Positions 35,070-48,215 of a stretch of DNA of 64,000 nt are shown in pieces. Source of the DNA: Lama guanicoe. Lineage: Eukaryota. A program made the translations under genes and the position numbers. Within the stretch, counting starts at the first letter, position 1. Every line of letters starts with the position of its first letter. The stretch lies in contig MU055269.1 in NCBI GenBank assembly GCA_013239625.1, positions 3,163,225 to 3,227,224 of the forward strand, given 5' to 3'. The notes beneath the pieces are model-generated. The model ran no database searches and was not told the origin of the DNA. It was given only the letters and a program-made list of their open reading frames with translations.

Positions 35070-38000
35070 ATCCTGAGAAGTCAGCACCCGCAGCTGTGGT
35101 CCGGGTCCGCACATCACTCACTCAGCAGCCCCGCAGCTTGTCCACACGCCCAGTGTCTGGACGCACAGGAGCACAGTCTCACTTAACCCGAGGTAACCCA
35201 CGGGCGGCTACAATGGCTGCGACAACGGGCATCGTTTTGCTTCTTAATCCCCCGAGGGCCCTGAGAATGGGCCCCAGTTTGAAATGACCTAAGAGGCACT
35301 TGTCGGGCCTGACTGGGAGCGTCTCGGGGACGGGAGGGCTTTTATCCCTAAGCTGGCGCATTCCTCCTGTGCGTAATCTGCTCCTAACAAGGTACCTGCT
35401 CTCGCTAATTCTTTTCTTCTGAAAAAAGCAATGGGCCAAGAGTCGCTGTTTCACAATGCTTGTTTGCAGGAAGAAAACCTATTTTCCAACAAGCAAAAGA
35501 AGACGAGAAATGTGGCAGTTTGTAAGAACAGTGGCTCAAGTGTTCTTTTTTTTTCTTTCAGATGTCTTTTCACTCACAGCTTTGCAAACACTGTGCCTCT
35601 CATTTTTAGAGAACGTCTCCTCTGGGCCCTGCAAACACCCTGCGTGGTGAGCCTCAGCCCCGCATCAAGGAGACACTTCCCAGCTCCCAGACGTAAGGTT
35701 TTTAAACCAAGTCAAGCAAGTGAGCAAAAAAATTATTCTACAGACAGGGACCCAGCCCGTGGGGTCGTCTCTCACAGCCGACAAGGACGCTGCCCCAGAG
35801 CGCGGTCCCCATGTGTGGGGGGTGGGGGTGGCGCCCGGCTTCGTCCCCATGGGCCCAGCTCTCTGGAAAGGCAGGGCCTTGGGGCGGCCCAGCCACTGGG
35901 GCCACTCAGGGCTCCCTGTCCACTGGACCCCAGGCCCCCAGGGGACCAGTGCCTACCCCTCCCCAGCTGCTCTCCTGGGAGGACAGTGTGCAAGCCCACA
36001 GAGCCCATCCCGACCAGAGTGTCCAGCCCGGGCGGCTGGGGGAGGGTGCACTCCAGTAACCCACCTGCCGGCCACACAGCCAGGACCGTGACAGCCTCAG
36101 GCCCTGCGTCCCGAGCACCTGCGGCGAGACGTCGTCTCCTGTGTCTCACTCGGCTGTGCTCTCGGCCCCGCGCACTGGGTGTTCCATTCCTAGCAGCCTT
36201 CATGCAACCAGGCCGGCCCCGCACTGGGGGCCAGGGAGGAGCAGGGCTGACGACCCGGACCCTGTGGAGCGCCCGTGTGAGCAGACACGGGAGCAAACCC
36301 GCTCCCGGTGGTCTGAAGCACCGCCCTGTCCCCACGCCCTCCACAAATGCCCCGTGTGGGTTCCGACCCTTGGTTTGCCACCCCCTCCTGGGTGCCCAGC
36401 AAACTCAGTCTGGTCCCTCCAGCCCTGCCCTCGCGTCACTGTTTCTGTTTCTGCACGACACAGAGCTCGGTGAGTGCATGAGACCAGGTCAGCGGACTGT
36501 GAAGTCTTCTTCGAAATCCAGCACGTGCTGGTCACCCAGTACCTGACGGAGCACAGTTTTACCAGGAATAAAGCTGCACAGAAAAGTGGGTCACCCCGTG
36601 AGTGAACTGCACAGCTGCCCTGCAGAAGAAACCGAGTGCCAGGCCCGGGACCCTGAGCCCCCGGCTCGGCGATGCTGTGGGGCCTCCCCCAGCCCCCCAG
36701 TCACCAGGCAGAGCCGGAGCCGTGGAGACCTGCTTCAGCGTGTGCTGTAGGAGGAAGCGAGAGAAGTCCAGGCGTCCTGTCTCACTTCCTCTCAAACCAC
36801 AGCACAGATAATCTTCAACATGTGGGATGTTTAGCAACTTCACTAACTTCGCTTCTTTTTTCCGCAGCTGACTGAGGAAGAGGAGACACCAGGAACCCCT
36901 ACACGTCAGGGGAGGACCCCGGTCGGCAGGCACCTCAGGCTCCAGCCGCGCGGAGAGACCAGGACGGGCGCCTAAAGCCGGAGCCCCGCACCCGGCCCCC
37001 TCCTGGATCAGCACGCGGCTCTGCTGCCGAGAACGGCCGGGCTGGGGTCCACGGCCTGTCCGCCGAGGCCCCACCCACCCTCACCCCCGGGCGGCGCTCG
37101 CACGCCCCAGAATCACGGTCTTCCAGAGCGCGCCTCCCGTCTTCCTGGCAGATCCCCCGGCTGACACTCCCCATCGCTGCAACTGATGTAGATTTAACGC
37201 TTTTGTTGACCTTGGATTTCTTTCTCCCTGTTTCATTTCTTCCTTCTATCCCGACTTTGGGCTGCTTCTGTCTGCTCTCCTTTGTGCCTCCTGGTATCTG
37301 TCCCACTGCCTCTCATCTGTTCTTAAGTAGCGCTTTGCATTTCATCTACTTCTACCTCCTAACGAGTAGAGCGCGCGTCCCAGGCTGGCTTATGTGCCGT
37401 CACCTGGTTCGCTCAGTCTGTATCCATCAGTCCTCTCGTCAGCATCCGAGTCATCACCACGTCCGCCAACTCCGTTTCTGAAACACCTGCTGACACCACC
37501 CCTCGCCTGCCCGGGCCCTGGCGGGCACACTTTCCAGCCACTCACAGTCCAACTGCATCCCTCAGGGGCCCCAGTGGCACAGTCAGGCTGTGCGGACAGG
37601 CGGGTAAATGCAGGGTCTCAACTCTGTCGGAGAAAGCACTGGGCTGCACCCGGAGCCGGGCGGGCAGCGGCACAGGAGGGGGCGAGCCATGACCCTGTCC
37701 TCCCACGTCTGTCCTGGGAGAGGGGACCCAGGCCCTGAACCCCACAGGGAGAAGTGAGAGGAAGTTAGGGAGACATGGGTGTGCATTTGGTTAAATCTGA
37801 GAAAGAGCTTCCTCATCACTTGGCGTGTCCTGGGGCGGAGAAGCCTTCCTCGTGGGAAACGGCCCTCCCGTCAGAGTCGCTCAGGACACTCAGACCAGGT
37901 GTTCTTAGTGGACTGGCTCCACAGGGACCACGACACAGGACCAAGGATGCTGTGACAAAGTGGGTACTGTGGGGGGGCCTGAGGCGCCTGAGCGAAGGGG

Positions 38001-39807
38001 ACAGGACAGGACCCACTGTTTTTGGCCACAGGTGCAGGAGGGGACACCGACGTTGAGGGTGACCTGAGTGTCCTCCGGGAGGCAGCTCTGCCAGGGCAAC
38101 TCCTGGGCAGCTGTGGAGCGTGGATGTGAGGGTCACAGCTCAGGCTGTGAGGATTGAGACCCCCTGGGCGGTCACACATGGGGAAGTCCCAGGGGCTGTC
38201 ACTCTGGCCACGTCCCTGCACCCACACGGGGACCAGAGGCAGAAAGGCCAGCCCCCTGGAGCCGCCACCTCACCCTCCCAGTGATGTCACGATCCAGGAG
38301 GGGCCCGGCCATCACGCCCCCACCTCCCACCTCACACGGGGGCTGAGGGCTCTGGTGGGGGCTCAGCTGTCTGTCCCCCAGCCGGGGTCCCGCACCTTCC
38401 AAGCTGGCAAAGCGCGTCTTCCGCCGGCCTGATCAAGGCCTTTGTCCTGCCCTTTATTCTTGCGCCTGGCGTGTTCTGGTGTCGCTGTCCCGACCGTTCC
38501 TGCGTCTCCCCTGGTGACAAGAAGTCACTGTGGCTGCGGCTGGAGACGCCGCAAAGAAAAGCAAAGAGGCTTAGCAGACCTCAGCCTGCGGATTAAGTGC
38601 CTCTTCAAAGATGCCAGCCCAGATGTGGCCGCTGCCGCCACTCCCCCAGCAACAGCTGGGAGCCACCTCGCGCTCCAGCCGTCTGTTCCCCAGTTACTAA
38701 ACGAATAAAAGCTGCCTTCTTAGTGGCGGGGGTTTGTGTTGGAGGCATAATTTTCTGTTTACATTACAGAAGGGCAAGCTCGCGTGTTTTCATTACTGCC
38801 GCAGAGACATAAAGCGACTTGCTCTGCCATCAGGAAGTCCTCCTGTTCACAGGCGGCGACCGTGTTTGGGAGCCGGGCACCAGCGGTGCTCTGCCCACCC
38901 AGAACGTCACTCAGCCTCACTGAGGCTGGAAAACAGCCGCAAGCCTCCAGGGTCACCTTGCCGCTCGGGGCACCCGGGTTTGCGGAGCCCAGAAGGCGAA
39001 GCAGGGGTGTCGCTCTCCTGTCAGCTGCTGGTGGCCTCCAGCAGCCAGAAAGCAAAGCAGCGCAGCGCACGCTGCTGGGGCTCTGGGGTGAGGAGTCGGA
39101 TCTGAAAAGGAGTCAGAACTGTTCGCTCAGGTTCAGCAGATTAGTAGCAGCCGAAACGCACTGCTGCTGACACCCGCCCAGGGGGGAGAACGTCCCTGAA
39201 GAAATCTGAGTGACAAAGCCGCCCCGCGCGGGCACCGCTCGCACGCTGCGCTGCCGTAGCCAGGGCGGGCTGAGAAGGCTGCGCTCACTGGCTTGGGCTT
39301 AAAGCAAAGTCAAATTTTTCTCTGTAACCCAGGTGTGATCCTTGGAAACCGAGCTGTTGGCAGCAGGCCTGAGGGAAAGCTCAGAAAACGTCTATTCAGC
39401 ACTCGGGAAGCTCCCCTCCGGGCTGCGTGGAACCGGCCGCGTTTTTCTGCCCACACCCTCTTCTCTTCCGCAGCTTCGCTCTGGCTTGTCGGCAACGCTT
39501 GAACAGCGCTTCCACGGAAGCCTGCGCAGGGGACGCGGCCACAGCGCCGGATGGCAAGAGAAACTCAAGCTGCGGCATCTGCAAGCGTTTTGTTGTCGCA
39601 GAGTGTGGCCTTTCAGATGGTTTGCTCAGCGCTTGGCCGCCCCACAGGCACCCACCGTGGGCAGGAGGATGTGTCCGTGGGTCACGTTCCGGGGAACCGG
39701 GTTTTGGATAAGTTCGAGCACCTGCGTCGTCAGGTAAAGAGAGAGGAGACAGCGGTCAGACCTGCCGCGAGCCAGCACGTGCAGACAAGGCGTCCGACGC
39801 CCTCTCC

Positions 39808-40013
39808 TTAAACTGAGATGCGACTGGCACGTGGCGCTCTCCTAATTGCAGGTTCACGCATGTGATGGCTCGATACTTGCATGTATCACGAAGCGAGCGC
39901 CCAGTAAGTCATCACCAAACACACGTACACGTTTTTTTTTCTTGTAATGAGAACTTTTAAGATTTACTCTCAGCGACCTTCAAAAACACAGCACAGTGTT
40001 AGCTGTAATAACT
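39808..40013 (-). mobile_element. L1 3' end (L1MA9-like/laurasiatherian), antisense
   Basis: TTTTTTTTCTTGTAATGAGAACTTTTAAGATTTACTCTCAGCGACCTTCAAAAACACAGCACAGTGTTAGCT is characteristic; the upstream part is GC-shifted. Confidence 0.8.
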
Positions 40014-41162
40014 GTGATTTAACTTCTTAAATGTACATTACGAGGTATGACCCTTTTCTCCTTGTAACAGCTCTCAGCACCCTCAGTCTCCCTCAGAACC
40101 AAAGGTCGTATTTCCTGGGCTGTCACCTCTGAACACAAGACCTAGCCCGCACTCCTCAAAGGCGTCGCTGGTGAAGGAGGACGGAGGCGTGGGACCCCGC
40201 CGTTGACACGGGGCCGCGCACGGGAGGTCCCTCTGAGAGTCCCAGGGCCTGTCTCCAGGACTGCCAGTGTGCTCAATAAAGAGATTTCACGTGGCTTTCT
40301 CAAATCCTCCAGCTCACTCCGACACCCACTCTGTGCAAATGTGAGCCTTCTGTGTGAATGTGAGTCTGGCCTCTGCTCTCTTCCCAGCACAGGAAGTGAG
40401 GCCTGTCCCCCGGCCCTTCCGTCCCTGCCAGCCCAGTCCCTCCAACACCAGGCTCAGAGCACATGTCCGGGACCGGGCGCTGAAGGGACCAAGCAGCAGA
40501 CCTGCGGCCTCGTGGTGCCCACAGCCCGTGGAGGGAGTCCCAACCAGACGGACGTTTACACACAGACGGCCATGCAGGCCATGGCCTGGGCGTCGGCCCT
40601 CCATGTTCCCACTGCCCACCTCTAAGGTGGTGAGTGTGGGCCCCGGCCCTCTGTGCTGTGCAGAGGGTTACGTGGGGCCCCTGGAGCAGCCGGCGTGGGG
40701 CCTGGGGTCCCTGCACACACGCCTGGCCACCCCCGACTCAGGAGCAACCACGCTCCCCCCCCGAGGCCTCCCTGGGGTCGGCCCTGGACACACGAAAACA
40801 AATCACCGTGGGCCCGAGGGGATAGTCTGCATCCCTCCCAAAGGCCAACCTTCGGCTGAAATGAAGCCCCTCCCGTCCCCCCGAGGTCTCTCGTTTCCCC
40901 CCGGAGGACTTTTAGGGTCTCTGGAGAAACTCCCAGGCCTGCTGCAGCACCGCAGCCCCGCACAAACCCAGTGCCCTCCCCTCCTCCAAACGGCCCGAGG
41001 GCTTCCACGCCAACCACGTGGAGAGCGCGACTGGCAAGTCTGTGACAACGTCCCAGCTCTGAACAAACGTGCTGGACGAGTAGAAGCTTACCCAGAGAGG
41101 AGAGTCTGTTTTCACCTGGGAATGGCGGACATCGGGAAGCATTCAGAAAGCTGAATTTGCTG

Positions 41163-41258
41163 TCAGTTCACTCAGGCGTTTAATGAGCACCGACTGTGTA
41201 CCATCACTGTGCTGGGTACTGGGGACGAGGAGATGGAAGAAATAAGACAGCGCCCCCG
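41163..41258 (-). mobile_element. L2 3' end fragment
   Basis: TTCACTCAGGCGTTTAATGAGCACCGACTGTGTACCATCACTGTGCTGGGTACTGGGGAC..AATAAGACAG. Confidence 0.7.
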
Positions 41259-41266
41259 CAGGCCGA

Positions 41267-41348
41267 AACAAACACACACACACATGCACACACAGGCGCA
41301 CACACGTGCACGCACATGCACACACATGCCCAGGCACACGCATGCATG
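41267..41348. repeat. Degenerate (CA)n/(CACG) microsatellite
   Basis: Seen directly. Confidence 0.85.
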
Positions 41349-43529
41349 AGAATTTCAGTGGCTTGTGAATGCCACGAGGAGGGAGCGTGGATGCCGAGCC
41401 AGGGCCAGGCATCCACGCCAGGAGCCCAGGCCCCCCTACAAAGCGTTACCCTGCTTCTTTGAGTCAAATTTAAGTAAAGAAAATGCAGATTGCTTCAAAG
41501 AGGATTTGAGTTTTTCAGGCAGACCACTGCAGAGACCAGCCTTCCCATCTGATGGAAACGCTCTCTGGGAGCCCAGGGGTGGCCCTGCTGGGCCTCTCCG
41601 AAGGCTGGGGCTGCGGCCTGAGGCTCAGGCGCATGAGGTCGTGCCAGACACATGGAGCAGGGTGCCGGGATGGCACGGAGACCCTGGGTGACGGATGACA
41701 GTGCGCCCTTGGCCTCTGCAGAGGTGTGATACCAGAGCCGTGCTGGCGGGGGGCACATTTAATACCTAATGCTCTCTTGGGCCCACATCTGAAAGATTTC
41801 AAGAGCTAATTAGGGAAAATAAAAACAGAATGGACAGTTAAGAAAAGCAAATGGGAGGCACAGACAAATTATTTATTCGCATAAGCTGTCTCTTTGAGAG
41901 TCTCCTCTTCACCAGGCCCAAACCTGACTATTAATTAAGTTCCTCCACTGGAAAGAAGAAAAGAATCACCTCTAACTTTTTTTGAAGAATCTCTTTATGA
42001 CCTTTAGTCCTCGCTCCTGCTTTGGGCCACAGGGGTGTAAACGTGTAATTAACAGCTTCTTTATTACCTCCTCGGCAGCAGTTGCCGTGTATGGCCTTCA
42101 GGCGGTGAGAATGCAGCCCATCTCCCCTTCCTCCCGCTCCCCTCCCCACACGGAGCTGGGCCCCCGGTGCTTCCTCCGATCACGCCCAGACTTCACCTTC
42201 CACGAACCCTCGGGTTAAGCAGGCAGTCCCCGCACGGCGACCTCTCCGTGAGGCGATCGTGTGGTAACTCCCTCCCTGCAGAGCCGTCTGGCAAGAAAAG
42301 AGGGGAAAGAAAACGGAAAAACATAAGGCCGGGCTGAGATTAGATTATCAATTACCACGAAACTGTCTGCAACTTCAAAGGGCCTGCGAGCTGGGGAAAG
42401 CGCAGTTTATCGCGACCTGTGGCTCTCTCCACATCACCCAGATGTGGCGCGGCCCGGGGCCAGGCGCTGGGTCCGGGGGGAGCTCGGCGGAAAAGCGGGA
42501 GGGCGGCATTTCCTCTGGAATGTGCTTCGCAGTTCCAGGCCAGATAACGACAAGGCGCGGGACGCTGGGTGGGTTGGCAGCCGGCACCTCTGACCCGCCT
42601 GCTCGCGCCCACTCGGGGTAGACGTCTCCTCAGGGACACTGCAGACGCTCTTGTCCCCTCCCGGAAACTCCAGCCTTCACACTGGCCAACGACAGCCAAG
42701 AGCTGGTCCAAGGAGGACCCCCCCACGACCGCAGTCTGCAAAGCTGCAGGACCTGGGGCCCGGCCACTCCCGGGGACCCAGGCCTGTGGACATACGGGAA
42801 CACAGGCCTGGGGGCAGGACTCCGGTGACTGACATCACTTCCTGATTAGGATTCAGGGCACTTTTTTAGGGGTTTGCTTATTTTGGGATTTTTCCAGTGG
42901 GAGCACTGAGACTTTAGTTTGACCCACGGCCTCTCAGAGCTAACCAGAACAATGGAAAATGAACGTGATGTTTATCAATACAGAGAAAAGTCCTCTGGCT
43001 AAAAAGATACCAAATAAAAAGCAGTTAAATCCGCATGCGGTCACAGGGCTGGTTAATGAGCAACCCCGGCTGGGTGAGAGACACTCCTTTGGCAGCCCCC
43101 GCCAGCCCACCCTGGCCACTGTGGACCGCGCCTCCACGCCTCCAAACCCACCTGCTCCTGGGCCAGCCCCCGTGCGCAGCGGAGCCCCCCAGGGCTGTGC
43201 GCGGCCGGTCTGCTCTGAGTGTCCTGGAAACCGGGCCCCACGAGCAGCCAGTCCTGCTCAGCGGCGTCCTTCTTCCCAGCTTCCTCCCAGCGCAGAACAG
43301 CCAGCTTTCCCTTGTCCTCCCCTCATTTTAACTCTCGCTGCCTTGGGTTCCCAAATTACTGTCTGTAAGAGCACAGCCCCTCCTCAGACATTGGCCTGCG
43401 TGTTTTTATTTCATCCCTTATTTCCAACTTTTAAACTCACTGTATGTATCAGTGCAGCTTGACTAAATGGCATACAGAGGCTTCCCTTCTCACTTCCTTT
43501 GTGAGCGTGGAGCAGGATCTCTTCTTATG

Positions 43530-43800
43530 ATAAAAGTAACATACAATTATTGGCAAAAACTGAGAAAGGATAAAGCAACATTCTTTTTAAGATCGCCCGT
43601 AATCCCAACAGCCAGAGGCAATAAATGTAAAATTTTGGAATGTTTCAATCTTCTTTCTGTATATTTTTACATTTTGACGTCATATGGTTCTTATTTTAAT
43701 TCTGCTTTTTCCGTGAAATTTCTTAATGTTAAACAGTTTTCCACGACCTTGAAAATTTTGCAGATGACTTTGAGGCTAGACAATAGTCTGTCTTATAGAA
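43530..43800 (-). mobile_element. Ancient L1ME-type 3' end, antisense
   Basis: ATAAAAGTAACATAC..ATCGCCCGTAATCCCAACAGCCAGAGGCAATAAATGTAAAATTTTGG..TTCTGCTTTTTCC resembles the L1ME4 tail. Confidence 0.6.
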
Positions 43801-44351
43801 AGTAGTGGTTAGAGCCTCTAAGCACTGCCTGCAACAGTTACAAGGAGGTGGCCGCTCCCCCGAACCTTTCTGTGACCCAGTAGTCCTTGCAAGGACCCGG
43901 CGGTCCTGATGTTACAGATGAGAGCGCAGACGTCTTGTCCCAGGTCTCACGGTGGGTGATGGTCAAGCTCCCCGCAGGAGTTTGCAGTTCCCAAGCTCGC
44001 CCGTAGCCTCCAGCATCACCCCAGGGTCTACCCGACGCTTTCGCTCTCATTGAACATGGAAACTGTCTCCAGTTCCTCACCACCCAGAGCTCGCTGTAAT
44101 GTATCCAACTTCTTCCCTCTGCCCACAGTGTATCCAGAGCTACAGAGACGCAGCCAAGCCCATGAGTTTTATTTCCTGTCTGATTCCCATTGTAACAGCT
44201 AATGGCAGTGCAGGGAGTGGGACCCAGGTGGGAGAGAGGGAGAAACAGAAGCGAATGACAAAAATGATCTATAAAACAAAGAATTCAAAAAAAAAGAGTC
44301 CTTGAATTAAGTGAGGCTGTGACCTGGGCATCAAGGAGAGACAGTCTGGGG

Positions 44352-44406
44352 ACACTGTGCTGCACAGCAGAAACTGACACCTTGTAACTGACTGCACTTC
44401 AATAAA
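44352..44406 (+). mobile_element. Extremely 5'-truncated L1 tail (~55 nt) with candidate TSD
   Basis: TGTGCTGCACAGCAGAAACTGACACCTTGTAACTGACTGCACTTCAATAAA; flanks GAGAGACAGTC (44336-44346) and GAGAGACCAGTC (44409-44420). Confidence 0.8.
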
Positions 44407-47400
44407 GAGAGAGACCAGTCCCGCCTTCCGCAAGCTCTAAACTAACTGCTATGCTGTCACCGGACAACGGGCCCATGTGTGGACAGAATCACGTGTGACT
44501 TTGTCGTGGGAGAAAGGGACACAGCCCCGACCTCCGGCTGCCGTCGGCCCGGGGGCTTCAGGATCTGCACCGTCTGGAGGGCAGTGTTGGCGAAGATCCC
44601 TTCAGGTGATGCCATCTCCCTTTGAAGCATCCACAGCTCAGGTTTTCAGAAGGGCCAGGCAGCCCAGAGGAAGACACAGCGCAGACGTTCGTCCAGGAGA
44701 CCAACCTTCGCCCATGTGTCACGAGGCCACCATCACCGGAAATTCCCTCCAGGTGGGCGTCCCACCATCAAAGCCTCAACGTAAGGCTAACTGACATCCC
44801 CGTTAGCATCCGGGGAAGAAGTATGCGAACAGACAGGTCTCCCTTCACACTTTAAAAGCAACGGCGCGGCGGTGCACAGACGGTGCCTGTGTCTCGGAAC
44901 AGCCGTGCGAGCCTCCTTCCCTGGCCCAGCAACCACCTGACACCTTCATGACCCAAACCACCAAAAATTCCTAAAAACTAAAGCACAGTTCTCTCTCTCT
45001 GGCAACGACTTTTTTTTTCTTTTTCTTATTCTTTTTTTTTTTTTTGCTACCTATTAATGAGTCAAATTGCTAGTCCAGACATGCTGGAGAAGGAACCGGG
45101 GCCAAGTCGAGAGTCGCCTGGCTTTTCTGTGAGCTCCTTTGAGATAAAACAAAGTGATGCGTAATCTTGAATTATGTCATGATGCATAATGCTGCAATTT
45201 CCTGGAAAATGGGGGCTAATCAGTTATTCATTTAGGAATTAACTAGAGCGTCAGTTGTCAGATTAAACTCCTTTAAAATTCCCAGCGCCCTGTTCCCGGC
45301 GCTAGCACTCTAAGTATACTGAGCCCTTTGTGTCCATTTAAGCAGGAAAGAGGAGAAGGCTTTCTCATGTGCCAAACGGAAAAAGAAAACAAAAGTATCC
45401 TTTGCTGCTGTTGCGAGGCCAGCGCTTGGTGATTTGCCTCCATGGCTCAGACACTCACAGCCGCAGGGACATGCTTGGCCACATGTGTGTCCGGCGGGCA
45501 GAACCGCCAGCCACCCCACACTTCCTAGCGGGGCAGGTGCCAGAGGCAGATCACGCCCTGTGTGGCCCCCCATTCCCCGGTGCCTGGCCCTGCATCCAGA
45601 GACCCCTGCGTCCACCTCGACCAGCCCCTCTGTCTGCGCACCCCCTTCCTGTGAGCTACAACCGCGCTCTCGTGGCGAGCTCCCTTGCCTCAAATACAGC
45701 AAATCTCAGCCCCGTATTGTCCTAAAATACACAATCTAGAAACCGTAAAAAGCCACATTACTTTGGCAAAGATGTTCCACAATTTTCTGCCACTCCGTAT
45801 CACCCAATGTCTTTGTCCGCTGGGGTATTTCACGCAACTTCACATGCATCTCGTCATTTGGGCGCCGTGTTTTTATTTTTCTGTCTCTGTCTCGTTTGGC
45901 CGTGTGTGTCGAGTGTCTTCTCCAGGCCTTGCAGGTGTCAAGTGCGGGAGAGAGGAATGCGGGGACTTGCAAGCTGGGAGCCACCCAAGTGGGACCAGGG
46001 GGCGAGGCCGGCCTAGGGTTCAATTTCATGACGTAGTGTGAGCTCAAGGATTGCGGATAAAAATTTCAACTTAAAAGAAGTGTTTAAAGCAACTGGAAAC
46101 AGCTCAGAACTATCTGTACGTTTATTTCTCCCGCTGCACAGTTTTCAAACTTCGTAGGATCCAGCATGTGTTGTGTCGACGCTTTTACAGAAAGAATTTC
46201 TTCCAAGGTTGTGAGCCTTTGGAGGGAAGCCCAGCGCACTTCTGCTGTTTGTGTAGATTGTGCCACAAAAGTTCCTTTTTCATTCAAATCTCTCTTGGAT
46301 AACTGAAGTTCTGAAGCCACCGGCAAAGAACTGGCCACAGATGTGACGTGTCACAAGGAGTCACCATTAGAAAGAGGAGTTTTCTCTAACACTTTTTAGT
46401 ATAAATAATAATTGACACTTGCTGAGAGCAACTGGATTAAAACAGTCTTTGCGAACGACACCCACAGGTAAAGACGTGGGAGTGAAACCTTTGTAAGTCG
46501 TTCTGGAAGGTTCTAGCCCACAGAACAAGATACGTGCAAAGCTGACCCATCTGAGTCCACGGCGAATGTTCGGTGTGTTTGCCACGGCACCAGCGATAAC
46601 CAAACACCGGTAGCCCTCTGTCAATCAGTGTCACCGTCACCACAGGGCCAGCTCGGTGGGGAGGAGCCGTGGGCCTGACAAAGGGACAAACGTTCTGTTT
46701 GGGGATGTTATTCCCCTGCCTGAAGCTAATAACTAACATCGTTTTGATGTGCCAAGCGTTCGTGATAACGAAAGTTAAATAAGAAACCACTGCGTTGGGA
46801 GCTGGAGTGTCATAGACAGAAACCAACGTTCCCAAAGTTAAAAGACATTAACTGCTTAGTGTCTGTTATCCGAGCATGTCTCATGTCTACAAAAATACCA
46901 CCTTATATGTCACATGTAAGATACGGTGTGAAGCAACGAGGCTAAGGGGTTTAAACAAATGCGCTGATTTGAATATGCAAATAAGCCATCATCCGGGAGG
47001 CTGGGTGGGTTTCCCATTTCCCTCATCCTGACCCAGGCACCTCCAGGAGGCCTCTGCGGAGCCGTCCTCAGAGCCGCCAGAAACCAGGCCCCTTGCTCAT
47101 CACTGCACATGATTTGGCCGAGTCGGTCAGGCAGCCCCAGGGCCCTGCTCATCACAGCTGGTCCCAGGGGCTCGGGGCTCAGTCGCCTCCCGCCCAAGAG
47201 GAGGCGGCTCCACAGCACAGACCTGACCGACCCTCTGAGCGCTGGGAGTTCCTTTTGACCAAACGCACAAACAGGCTCCGAAGTGACTCTTCTGAAGGAG
47301 GCTCTGTTGGGGCAGAGGTTCCATGTTTGCTAAGGAAAGCAGTTCTCTTCAGCCGTGCCCGCCACGCCTTCAGAAAGCCCCTGTACTAGAGAAAAATGCT

Positions 47401-47496
47401 ACCAATTCCGCGTCATGATTTTGGTCACTCCCACCATGAGGACAACATCGCACTGGGCTTGTGACTAATGATGCAAACAACAGCTGCGTCCCACAA

Positions 47497-47625
47497 CCAC
47501 CTCACTCGGCCCCACAGCGACCCTGTGAGGCGAGGTCCTGAGGGTCCCCGTTTCCCCAGGAGAAAACTGAGCACAGAGGTCCTGGGGATCCACGGTCCAT
47601 GTGCACAGGAAGGGGAGCCGGCAGG
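47497..47625 (-). mobile_element. MIR SINE (degraded, GC-shifted)
   Basis: CCCCACAGCGACCCTGTGAGGCGAGG..TCCCCGTTTCCCCAGGAGAAAACTGAGCACAGAGG. Confidence 0.65.
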
Positions 47626-48011
47626 GCAGACAGAAGAGACTGAGCCATGACAGCCGTGCTGGCCCCACGGACTCGCTCCCTCCTCCCGGCCGTGCCCTGG
47701 CAGGAGACCGTGGTGCTGGCACAGGGGCCGTGGGTGAGGGTGGGCTCTCTCGCATGTCTGCAGCACTGTGAGTGGCCACTTGTCCCCAAGGAACCAGACA
47801 CTCGTGGGCGAAGGGACTGAATCCACTGTCTGCAGCCACGCTCAGCTCAGCCAAGTGGAGCCAGCCAGCTCAGTGGGCCCAGGGCCGCAGATTCAAGACT
47901 AGATGCCCTGGAACGCCGTGCTTGTCTGCAAGGCAGCACCATGGCCATGGCAGCGGATGCCCAGGTCACAGCTGCCCCGGGGCAGGGCCGCCTGGCACTG
48001 TCCGGGCTGAC

Positions 48012-48215
48012 AACAGACTTTACAGCCTGAGAGCCTGGTTCCAATTTGATGTCCACTCACCAGCTGTGTGGCTTTTAGGCAGGGAATACCCCTGAGCCCC
48101 GAGCAGAACGAGGTTAATCCAGATTGCCGGCCTCACAGTGGCGCTGGGTCAGGAGTGAAGCGTGTGCAGCGAGCCCCAGGGAGCCTGGCCCTCAGAGGGC
48201 ACTCAGAGGATGGCC
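48012..48215 (+). mobile_element. MIR SINE (degraded)
   Basis: GCCTGGTTCCAAT..CCACTCACCAGCTGTGTGGCTTTTAGGCAGG..CCTCACAG..GAGCCTGGCCCTCAGAGGGCACTCA. Confidence 0.5.

Noticed and set aside
35431-36546. 371-aa ORF
   Set aside because: Composition follows local base content with no domain signature; expected by chance at this GC level
45991-46006. CTCF-like motifs (here and near 27888, 30379, 63767)
   Set aside because: Only partial matches to the core; such hits are frequent in GC-rich DNA and cannot be supported without scoring or ChIP data
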